DNA of 46,399 nt from NCBI GenBank assembly GCA_018007255.1, contig JAGOQT010000001.1, positions 1 through 46,399 of the forward strand, read 5' to 3'. This document shows, one piece after another, positions 1-8,293 of this stretch. Numbering within the stretch: position 1 is the first letter of the stretch; each line of letters starts with the position of its first letter. The stretch is from Phycisphaerae bacterium (lineage in GTDB: Bacteria > Planctomycetota > Phycisphaerae > Sedimentisphaerales > Anaerobacaceae). The notes beneath the pieces are model-generated. The model ran no database searches. It worked only from the letters and a program-made list of their open reading frames with translations, and was not told the origin of the DNA. A program made the position numbers and the translations under genes.

Positions 1-161
1 AGATTGGACGGTTCCTAGCCAAGTGTGGTGACAATCGAGGATTTGAACATGCAGGACAGGTAATGCATCCATGCGCTGGATAGGCTTGCCCTCTATTGCC
101 GTCTTGGCTGCATGTTCAAATCCTCGATTGTCACCACACTTGGCTAGGAACCGTCCAATCT
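1..161. repeat. Perfect 54-bp inverted repeat (arms 1-54 and 108-161, 53-nt spacer) at the window edge. It is a fold-back copy of coding sequence.
   Basis: The reverse complement of 1-54 equals 108-161 at 54/54 positions. Pairing stops at 55/107 (g/g). Arm 108-161 is in-frame sequence of the minus-strand HEAT gene (..EIGRFLAKCGDNRGFEHA..), and arm 1-54 is its inverted duplicate. Confidence 0.95.
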
Positions 162-663
162 CCAGGGCCTCCCAATTGCCTCCTCTACTCAGCCACTTGC
201 CCTCCCGCCTCCAGATGCTGTTTGGTTCGGCGTTCGGATCCTTTGGGGGGGGCCGATGCAGTTCCTCGAAATCCCATTGCATACGAGAAACGCCGCTAGC
301 GTCTCCGAGAAAGGCAAGCAACTCGGCTGCCTTGAGACGTGTTGTCACGCGAGGGAAGTCAAGACACTCCCTTAGTACGGGTTTCGCCTTCTCACCGATC
401 CGGTCCACAAGCACTAACAGAGCTTGATCCCGGACGGCCCCTCTATCACTCTTGGTGGCGTTTACAATCTGTTCAACGCTGTCAGTGGGGTACCCTTTTT
501 CGCCGCAGTATCGCTTGGCGTTGTCAACGACTCCCTTCGAGGGCCCAGAGAACCTCTGTCGATCGACCTTGACAGGATCATCTGCCAGAAGAGACGATAC
601 CCAGAGGAAACACAGGCCAATACCCAGCATTATCCTATCCTTTTGCCCAGTAACCCGATTCAT
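1..663 (-). CDS. Exported HEAT/PBS-lyase-like repeat protein. It is partial: the frame stays open to the window edge and the last ~35 codons run through the fold-back repeat.
   Basis: ATG at 663 (plus-strand 'cat' 661-663) with AAGGGGA 7 nt upstream. Hand translation of the minus strand shows no stop down to position 1, which is why it is absent from the complete-ORF track. The N-terminus MNRVTGQKDRIMLGIGLCFLWVSSLLADD looks like a signal peptide. LLVLVDRIGEKAKPVLRECL and RLKAAELLAFLGDASG resemble HEAT-type repeats. Confidence 0.55.
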   Translation of the reverse strand, partial: MNRVTGQKDRIMLGIGLCFLWVSSLLADDPVKVDRQRFSGPSKGVVDNAKRYCGEKGYPTDSVEQIVNATKSDRGAVRDQALLVLVDRIGEKAKPVLRECLDFPRVTTRLKAAELLAFLGDASGVSRMQWDFEELHRPPPKDPNAEPNSIWRREGKWLSRGGNWEALEIGRFLAKCGDNRGFEHAAKTAIEGKPIQRMDALPVLHVQILDCHHTWLGTVQS

Positions 664-785
664 GTGATAGTCCCCTTCGTCAAGAACACCGAATTGTGTT
701 GGCACATGTGTCATCCAAACAGACCGACGTCATTTCCCACGAACGTCTCCACATCAGCAATGGTGTAGTCCTCCAAACGCACCCC

Positions 786-2015
786 CTACTGGGGACATGC
801 AGAACACGGTTTCTGCTGCGCCCACCCCTTATCCTCGGCACACCGACATATGTCGTAACCTAGTTCGTGGAAACACGTCTCCGCTGCCTCACGGGCTCGG
901 TATTCCCCACCATAGCAGTCGCCTATCTCGTTGTACTTCTCCTCCAGGTGGCGATACAGTGGACGGTCAATCTTGCTCTCGAAGAATGCAGCCGCAGCCT
1001 GGCATGTGATCGTGTTGGAATCGCTACAGTTGATCTGAAGTGGGTCCAGATAGCCGCGATCTTCAAGCCAGCCAGGAACGGTGTCCCAGAAATCCGACCA
1101 CTCCTGAACATGGGTACCTTCGTGAATGGCTATGCAGTCAGCGTCACTCACAGCGTAGCATCCTGCATCATCTGGATTACATGGGTCGTAGTATATGAAA
1201 GCTGTGGCATAGGTACAGTAGTTGTCCTTGTTCACGATACCAGGACTGTTACAGTCCCAATCCTGAAAGCGTTGATAACAGACCCCTGCATACATCCTAG
1301 TCCACAGGTCAAAGCGAGGCTCCCATGCACAATCATTGTAGACAGCCTCGTAGTTCTCGGTCTGATAGCCTGGATATGCCTCCCCACAGTGCTTAGAATT
1401 GGCACAATTGGGATCTACTGTACCTAACCACTGCGAATTCACGCCGCCCACCCCTGCCACGCACCCCGCCGGCAACGTCACCGTGACGACTCCTTCAAAG
1501 GTACATGGATCATCATCCCGGTCGCTGTCGTCACAGCCATACCAGGCGGGATCTGGTACATCGTCCACCGTCACACTGAAAACCACTGTCCCTATGCACG
1601 GCGGCGCCCGCCAACCGACCCAGTCGTTCGTGGTATTGGTCAGCCACGTCCCTGTCTGGCAATTCGTTCCAGTAGTCTTGCTCCAACTATACGTCAATGA
1701 ATCAGACTCCTGATCCTCTCCGCCCACGGCATCTTTCCAGCGGTCGTCATCCCAGGCCGTCACACTGTGTTGGGCCGTATTGCATAGGCACGTATCGTAT
1801 ACATTCATGGATCCCTCAATCCCGGTGTCAGGAGTCCAACACTGGCAGTACCCGCAGGAGCACCACCCGTAACCCTCGACACAGGTGGTGCCGCAACTGC
1901 CAGCTGGAGGACAGGTTGTGGACACATAACACTGGCAATCATAGCCACAGTCGCAGCACTCGCCGCAGCCATAGTAGGGCGAACACTCCACACCTGCTTC
2001 CAGTACACAACCCAA
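786..2015 (-). CDS. Cysteine-rich secreted protein with an HExxH zinc-metallopeptidase-like motif and a PKD-like segment. The frame probably continues upstream to 2138 across an in-frame TAG.
   Basis: A 409-codon ORF (track start is a TTG right after a TAG). It contains IAIHEGTHVQEW (HExxH), a dense Cys pattern (CGECCDCGYDCQC...) and LTYSWSKTTG (PKD-like). The same frame upstream (2019-2138) encodes a signal-peptide-like KSGYDGWALTACGILVLSCTMATVA followed by more Cys-rich sequence. Confidence 0.6.
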   Translation of the reverse strand: MGCVLEAGVECSPYYGCGECCDCGYDCQCYVSTTCPPAGSCGTTCVEGYGWCSCGYCQCWTPDTGIEGSMNVYDTCLCNTAQHSVTAWDDDRWKDAVGGEDQESDSLTYSWSKTTGTNCQTGTWLTNTTNDWVGWRAPPCIGTVVFSVTVDDVPDPAWYGCDDSDRDDDPCTFEGVVTVTLPAGCVAGVGGVNSQWLGTVDPNCANSKHCGEAYPGYQTENYEAVYNDCAWEPRFDLWTRMYAGVCYQRFQDWDCNSPGIVNKDNYCTYATAFIYYDPCNPDDAGCYAVSDADCIAIHEGTHVQEWSDFWDTVPGWLEDRGYLDPLQINCSDSNTITCQAAAAFFESKIDRPLYRHLEEKYNEIGDCYGGEYRAREAAETCFHELGYDICRCAEDKGWAQQKPCSACPQ

Positions 2016-2134
2016 CTACCCCGCGTACTCCATACAGTCCGGGCAATCCGGCGGCGGACATGCCACCGTTGCCATCGTGCACGACAAGACCAGTATACCA
2101 CAGGCTGTCAGGGCCCATCCATCGTATCCACTCT

Positions 2135-4315
2135 TCAGTGTCCCGCCCCCTTCCTTGTCAGGAGATCGAGCCTTGTCTGGACCGCCTTCGCCTGTTCATC
2201 CATGGGATCCGCCACGGCCAGGTAGGTCCGGAACAACTCCGCTGCAGCGGTCATCTGGCCCATGCGCTGGTACGTCCCGGCCAGGTGCAGAAGGATGGGA
2301 CGCCACTGCCTGGCCTCGGGATATCTCTCCAGGAACCTCTGGTAGGAGGCGGCCGCCTGCTCCCATTGGCCCTTCTGGGCCTGAATGTGACCCAGCCTCA
2401 GGAGGGCCCCCTGGGCTAGTGAGCAATCCGGATACCCGCCAGCCAGGGCCTCATAGGCCTGCTCGATTCTGGCCTCTGCCTCCAGCATCGGCACCTTGCC
2501 CAGGTCCCTGAGCCTTGCATAGCACGGCCCGATCATGCCCTGGGCACTCCAGGCATACCTGTAGTCAGGCCATTGATCCACCACGTTCTGGTAGTATTGG
2601 ACGGCCTTCTCGTAGTCCCCAAGGTACTTGCGGTACAGCACCCCGCTGAAGTACCAGGCGTCCGCGGCATAGGCAGACTCGGGCAGTCCCGTGATGATCC
2701 GATCCCAGACCACAAGGGTCTTTCTCAAGGAGGCGTTGACCGCATCGTCCGCACCGCCTCTTTGCTTCTTGGCCATGGCCTGGTTGTAGTACTCGTCGCC
2801 CACGCCGAAGACCGCCTCACCCAGGTCAGGGTCGTCTCTGAAATCAGTGATGAGGACGTCTATGGCCTTCTGGACACCAGGATCGTCCTCCCTGGCTGCC
2901 AGCAGCCTAGCCATGCCCGCCCTGGCCCAGATCAACTGTCCATCCCCCTTGGCCGTGTGGTCCAAGACGTGCTTGTAGATCTGCTCAGCCTTGTCCGGCT
3001 TGCCTGCCACAAGGTAGGCATCCCCCAAGCGACACAGCTCTGTAGGCAGGGTCGGCTGGCCTGCAAAGACCGTCATCAGCCGGTTGCCTGCTGCCTCAGC
3101 CTCCTTCTCATTGCCCTCCAGGATCCACGACTTGGCCAGCTCCGTCTGGGACCACATCGCGTACTGGTCGTCCTTTGACGACTGCTCTGCATTGTACTGG
3201 TGCACCTGACGCGCCTGCACAGGCCTCGTCTGCCGATACCGCATGGCCGTATGATACACCTCCTTGGCTGGGGTCTTGTTCTGTGAGAATGCAGCGATCA
3301 GCCGATTAAAGGCCTCCTCCACCGTGGTATTGGCACCGGGCGGGGATTCCTTGTCTAGGATCGCCAGCTGTGCCCTGACCGCTGCGTCGCTGTCAGGCCA
3401 ATGATCCACCACATACTGATAGTACTGCCTGGCCTGCTCAGGCTTGTTGGCCTTGCTGTACGCTATGCCTACCTGGTACGCCTCCTTGGGTAGCGTGGCC
3501 TGATCGGAGAAGACCTGCACCAACCTGCCGAACTCCTGGTCTGCCGCTGCATCGTCGGCCTTGCTGATGGCCGATTTGATGATCTCGACCTGGGAGTACA
3601 TCCCTTGGAGGGCATTGGCGTAGTGCTCCACGTTGTATTGATGGAGCTTGAGGGCAATCTCAGGCTTCCTCACGTTCCTGTAGTGCTTGCCCAGGTTGTA
3701 GATCGTGCCTGCAATGTCCTTGTGCTGGGCAAAGTCTGCCAGGAGGGTGTCCACGGCTGCATTGGCCGCCTTGTCGTCTGATCTCTCCAGGTGGGAGTGG
3801 ATGATATCCCTCTGGCTGTGGACAGCCCACTCGGTGTCCTTCCACCTCCGGATCACGGACTGATAGATCTGCAGGGCCTTGTCGGGTGCCCCTTGGGGTG
3901 GTTTGACGTCCTTGTGTCCTCGGCCGACCTCATACACAGCCTGAGGCAGACCGGCATTCCCTGCAAACCGCTCCAGCATCTGCTGATAGGCCGCCTCGGC
4001 CTGAGAGGTCTTGTTGGCCGCCACATACAGCAAGGCCAGTCCCTTCTGTGCAGCAAGCTGCTGGTCTTGATCCGTGGCCTGCTCCAGCACGGCCTTGTAG
4101 AGCTTCTCCGCCTGGTCGTACTGCCTGCCCTGGACCAGACCCCCTGCCTCCGTAAGCTGCTCCGCCACACCGGCGAAGGCCGAGACCGGCAGCAGAAGCC
4201 ATACAAGACCCATCCAGACTAGATATGAGTGCTTGGGCCAGGCCGTTGATGTCGATCTGCCTCTCGCGCTTGGCCTCCATCCTGCCTGCCGGCGTGCTCC
4301 TTTGCCCTCGCTCAT
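2135..4315 (-). CDS. Membrane-anchored TPR-repeat protein, paralogue 1 (726 aa)
   Basis: ATG at 4315 preceded by GAAAGGAGCC (SD), giving MSEGKGARRQ... A basic N-terminus is followed by a hydrophobic segment, YLVWMGLVWLLLPVSAFAG. Many TPR-like helices follow (AEKLYKAVLEQ, ALQIYQSVIRRW, ARQYYQYVVDHWPDS, AVQYYQNVVDQWPDY). The first ~466 aa are near-identical to the ORF at 14470-16446. Confidence 0.8.
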   Translation of the reverse strand: MSEGKGARRQAGWRPSARGRSTSTAWPKHSYLVWMGLVWLLLPVSAFAGVAEQLTEAGGLVQGRQYDQAEKLYKAVLEQATDQDQQLAAQKGLALLYVAANKTSQAEAAYQQMLERFAGNAGLPQAVYEVGRGHKDVKPPQGAPDKALQIYQSVIRRWKDTEWAVHSQRDIIHSHLERSDDKAANAAVDTLLADFAQHKDIAGTIYNLGKHYRNVRKPEIALKLHQYNVEHYANALQGMYSQVEIIKSAISKADDAAADQEFGRLVQVFSDQATLPKEAYQVGIAYSKANKPEQARQYYQYVVDHWPDSDAAVRAQLAILDKESPPGANTTVEEAFNRLIAAFSQNKTPAKEVYHTAMRYRQTRPVQARQVHQYNAEQSSKDDQYAMWSQTELAKSWILEGNEKEAEAAGNRLMTVFAGQPTLPTELCRLGDAYLVAGKPDKAEQIYKHVLDHTAKGDGQLIWARAGMARLLAAREDDPGVQKAIDVLITDFRDDPDLGEAVFGVGDEYYNQAMAKKQRGGADDAVNASLRKTLVVWDRIITGLPESAYAADAWYFSGVLYRKYLGDYEKAVQYYQNVVDQWPDYRYAWSAQGMIGPCYARLRDLGKVPMLEAEARIEQAYEALAGGYPDCSLAQGALLRLGHIQAQKGQWEQAAASYQRFLERYPEARQWRPILLHLAGTYQRMGQMTAAAELFRTYLAVADPMDEQAKAVQTRLDLLTRKGAGH

Positions 4316-4541
4316 GTCTTGGCTCCTTTCCGACTTTCTGGTGGGCCTTGTGGTAGATACACGCCTGCACGGGACCTGCAAACTGCAGATGCAGCATCCC
4401 CGTGAGGAGAATCCCCTTGCCTGGTGATTGGCCTTCTTGACCTACCCCTCCGCGCGTGATTGCTCCCATACCTTGCCATGGCCTTGGCACCTGCCAGTAG
4501 AGTACGCGCAGAAAGCCTTCTGGCTCCTGGCTTGACCGTAG
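2916..4541. repeat. ~1.6-kb dispersed direct repeat, copy 1 (partner 15047-16665). It covers the -10 box, the leader and the first ~466 codons of the TPR gene.
   Basis: Side-by-side reading of the two regions shows the same offset (12131 nt) from cccgccctggccca (2916 / 15047) to the start codons (4315 / 16446), with one 7-nt indel in the leader. Identity is lost below 2916 / 15047. Confidence 0.85.
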
Positions 4542-4563
4542 TACCCCAGGCGCCGGCTGTGAA
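4316..4563 (-). promoter_or_regulatory. Putative promoter (TTCACA-17-TACGGT) plus a ~210-nt conserved 5' leader of TPR paralogue 1
   Basis: On the minus strand the -35 TTCACA lies at 4563-4558 and the -10 TACGGT at 4540-4535, with a 17-nt spacer. Sequence from the -10 box to the ATG is nearly identical to that upstream of the second TPR gene. Confidence 0.4.
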
Positions 4564-4710
4564 GCAAAGATGGCCATTTCCAGACACACCCCCTTGACTG
4601 CCAAGGCATTACAGGCCGGTCCTGACCGTCCAGATGCCTCAACAAGGTCCCCCATCGTCGGGCTGACCGGCATCTCCTATAGCGCGCCAGATGCACCCGG
4701 GTGGGCCGCC

Positions 4711-7700
4711 TTACCTTGCGTCGAGCACCTTGGACGGAGTGGTCGGCTTGGGCTTGACTCCAGGCCAATCCTGGTATCCCTGGAACTCCTGCTCGTGTTG
4801 CTCAAACGAGGCCCGGTCTCGATCCGAGATCCGCTTCAGGTCCTCTTGAGTCCCGGCCACGGCCTCCGCAGGCCGGATCACCTCCGCACGCACAAAGACG
4901 TACAGCTTGCTCTGTACGTCGCTGTTGGAGATCCCCCGAAACGCCCCGCCCACCAGCGGCAGATCGCCCAGGATCGGTACCTTGGTCCCTCCCTTGGACT
5001 GATTCAGCTTGAGCATGCCCCCCAGGATGATGGTACTTCCATCCGGGACCGTCACTACGGTCTTGACGTCGCTGGCAGTCAGGTCAGGGGGCCTGTCCCG
5101 CGTGATCGTCCCAAAGTCCGACCGGGTCAAGGTGATCTCCAACCTGAGCAGCTGGCCCTCGCTGATGTGCGGGGTGATCTCCATGGTGATCCCAGCCTCG
5201 TACGACTGGTAGTCTATGGCCGTCTCGATCAGGTTGGTCTGCTGGCCCGCTGTCCCGGAGGTGACCGGGATCGAGGACTTCTTCTCCACGTAGGTCGTGT
5301 CCGTGGTCTTGATGATCCCCTTCTCGTTGTCCGGGTGCCCTCTGGGCGAGGACCTTGGGCTTGGCCAACACCCGACCGTAGTTCTTGGTCTGCATGGCCG
5401 TCAACAAGGCATTGATGTGCAGGTCCGCGTAGAAGCCCGTGCCTGCCCCGGAGTTGGCCTGGAAGTCGATGAACTGGCGCAGCGAGCCGGGCTCCAGGAG
5501 CTTCTCCGGCACGGTGGTGTCCTCATCGACCATGAACGACCCGGTCTGGCCGCTGGTCTGCCGCATGTCCGGCAGGCTCCCCACCAGGTTTAGGTCGTAG
5601 TTGAACTGGTCGCTCTTGCGGATCTCCACCAAGGTCACGTCAATGAGCACCTGGGGACGCCTGCGGTCCAGGGTCCTGATGAGCTTGCTGATCCACTCCT
5701 GGTTCTCCCTGCTGCCATACACCACCAGCGAGAACGTACCCTTGTCCGGCACGATCAGGATCTCGTCCTCGAGTCTGCGAACGACCTGCTCAACCTTGGC
5801 CTCCTTGTCCTTGACCGTCTCCGCAATGAGCCTGCCCAGGACCTCTGCCAGGGCCTCGGGGTCCTGGTTCTCCAGGAAGTAGATCTCGTAGGGGATGGCC
5901 TCCTGCCTGACCTGGGCATCCACGCGCTGGATGACCCGGGAGATCTGCGTGTGCGCAAACTCCGTGGCATTGATCAGCAGCGAGTTGGTGGACTCCAGTA
6001 CAGAGACCTGGGTCTCCTGGAGCAGGGCGGACTCATCGGCAGGACCATCGCCCGCCCCGGCTGGGGCGGGGGACGTGGACCCAGGGGCCTGCACCGATGC
6101 AGGGCTGGTCGCCGGCCTGGCCTTGTCCCCTATGAATCCAAACTCCTCCAGCTTCTTCTTGACCTCAGAGGCGTCCACGTACCGGATGTCATAGGTCTTC
6201 AGGATCCGCAGGTCCTCAGGGGCCACGTCCACCTGGGCCAGGACGGTCCTGATCCGGCCGTGCTGCTGGGCCGTGGCGTTGATCAGGAGGGAATTGGTGG
6301 ACTCCAACACCGTGACCTGGGTCTCCTGCAGGATGACCCTCTCACCCTTATCTCGGGATCCACCCTCGGTCTTGGAGCTGAACAGTGAGGTCGCACCTGG
6401 TCCTGAGGGATCCGGCCCAGCCTTGCCCAGCACGTCCAGGTCCTCCAGCTTCCTCTTGGCCTGGCCAGCGGTCATGTGCACGATCGCGTAGGTCTTCAGG
6501 CTCCGCAGGTCGCTCTGCTCCACGTCCAGGGCGTCGATGACCTCTTCCACGATTGCCAGTTGATCGGCCTGACCGATCATCAGGAGCCGGTTGGTCCTCT
6601 CATCCACATCCAGGTACACGGTGTCCTTCTCAGTCGACTCCAACGGCGTTGGGCTTGTACCTGTGCCCAGGGAGGACCTCGGAGCCGGCGCCCCGCCGGA
6701 CAGGAGAGAGGGGGTCGCGGGCTTGTCCGTTGCCCCACCTGGGGAGGTGCCGGAAGAGGCGGCCGTGACCCTGACCGGCACGGTCTGAAGCTCTGCTGCC
6801 AGGGCCTCGACCTTGGTAGCCAGGCTCCCTGCCATGGTGTAGCGCAGGGGCCTGTACCGAAACTCCCTGGCCCTGCCAGGCCGGTCCACCAGGTCCAGCA
6901 ACTGCTCGATCCTGGCCATGCGGTACGCATAGCAGGTCACGATCAGGGTGCCCGTCTCTGCTATCGGAGAGGCCGATACGCTGAGCTTGAGGTTGTTGAG
7001 CAGGTTCATGGCACTGGCGGTGTTCACGTGCCGAAGGCTGAAGACCCGCGTGACCACCATGTCTCCTGCCGTCATGGTTGCACCATCGGGGCCTACCAGG
7101 GCAGGGTCCACGTCCAGGGCGTCTGTGACCGGCACGATCGTGACCAGACCAGCCCTGTGAGATGTCATGGCCAGGCCTTTGAACTTCAACACAGACTCCA
7201 GGAGTGCATACAGGTCCTTGACCCTGACCTGGCCCTGGAGCTTGCCGTGCAGGCGCAGGGAGACCGACTGGCCCTTGAGCTTCTCGGGGTCGAACAGGTA
7301 GTCCAGGCTCAGGTACTCTGCAGCCAGGTCCAGCAACTGGGTCATCTCCAGGCGGTCAGGCAGCTCCAGCTCCAGGATATCGTCCCCGTTGGCCAGGGTG
7401 GGCCCATCGAATGTGACAGAGGTCTGAGGCTCTGCAGGCAGGTCTGCCTGAGCACGTGCCTGGCGTGCAGGTCCCTGCGACATGGCCGTCTGCTCCGGCT
7501 CGTCCACAGAAGGATCGGTGCGTGCAACCGGTGGCTGGGCGATCCGAGAGATGGCTTCCTCCGCAGGGGCGTTACCCGCCTTGGGGTCTCCGGCCTTGGC
7601 CTGAGCCGCAGTCGCGGGCTCCTGCTTGGGCTGGGTCCGGACAACGGGCTGGACCGGCAACGGAGAGACAGGCTCAGAGGGGATGGGAGTCGGCTGCTGA

Positions 7701-8254
7701 ACTGTATCACCTCTGGCCTGGCGCAGGGCTGCAGGGCCTGCCTCCATCAGGATGGCCAGGTCCTCCTGGAATCGGCCAGGGATGATGGCCACAACCGAAT
7801 CACCGTGGATGTCGATGATCCCTCGTGCAGCAGCCGTTCCTGGAGGCAGCGCAGCAAAGGTCCCAATGGAGATGCCGCCCAGGGCCTTGGCAATCTGGTC
7901 GTTGGTCGCGAGCCCCCTGGCAGCAGACAGCGGGGCAACAGTCTGAACTACGTATGGCTCATCAGAATCGATCAAGTCCAGGACGATCCTTGCCTTGTGC
8001 ACCGTCTCAGTAGGACCGGTGACGGTAACGGCGACGACAGAAGAGACCTCGACCGTGCCCAGGCCAAGGTCGGCCAGGACCTCCTTGGCGCGGTCGGGTG
8101 CAATGGCCTTGAGCACGAAGACCTTCCGTTCCTCCAGCAGAGGCTTGGTACCTTCAGGTGCGGGTCCTTGGACGCAGCCGCAGAAGAGCAGGACTGCGGC
8201 AATGACTGCTGCCTGCCCCTCCCTACGTCGATGAGGTGTACCTCTGCACACCAT
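4711..8254 (-). pseudogene. Secretin (GspD/PilQ superfamily, ~1180 codons) with its reading frame interrupted by one extra nucleotide near 5320-5345
   Basis: Two track ORFs (5084-8254 and 4711-5289) together make one secretin. ATG 8254 follows AGGAG, giving the lipoprotein-like signal MVCRGTPHRRREGQAAVIAAVLLFCGC. Three secretin-N-like repeats are present (..LESTNSLLINAT..). The frame-A text ends sensibly at ..NYGRVLAKPKVLA and then becomes Gly/His/Asp/Arg-rich nonsense. The frame-B text resumes with DNEKGIIKTTDTTYVEKKSS...VPILGDLPLVGGAFRG...LYVFVRAEVIRP, the canonical secretin C-domain. Total length is 3544 nt = 3n+1. Confidence 0.75.
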
Positions 8255-8293
8255 GCTCGTCTCCTGGTGACTATCCAGGTACCCAGGGGCTGG

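Noticed and set aside
1-161. I considered whether the 54-bp repeat arms could be CRISPR repeats (one arm ends ..GGATTTGAAC) or terminal inverted repeats of an IS element.
   Set aside because: There are only two copies and they are in inverted orientation. The spacer is 53 nt of coding sequence, one arm is in-frame coding sequence of the HEAT gene, and no transposase or cas gene is present. An assembly fold-back is the more likely explanation.
245-252. A G8 homopolymer inside the first HEAT gene, as a possible phase-variation tract.
   Set aside because: It is a single short tract encoding ..RPPPK.. with no evidence of variability. It is noted only as a site prone to sequencing error.
2016-2018. 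The in-frame TAG could be evidence for genome-wide stop-codon reassignment (e.g. a Pyl-type code).
   Set aside because: TAG terminates well-supported genes in the same window: the PAD homologue at 11635-11633, GME at 20172-20174 and the cytidylyltransferase gene at 21814-21816. A local lesion or error is more parsimonious.
5972-6337. A ~60-nt internal DNA repeat within the secretin (5972-6035 versus 6274-6337), as a possible recombination scar or mobile insertion.
   Set aside because: It is explained by tandem duplication of secretin N-domains, since both copies encode LQETQV(T/S)VLESTNSLLINAT in frame.
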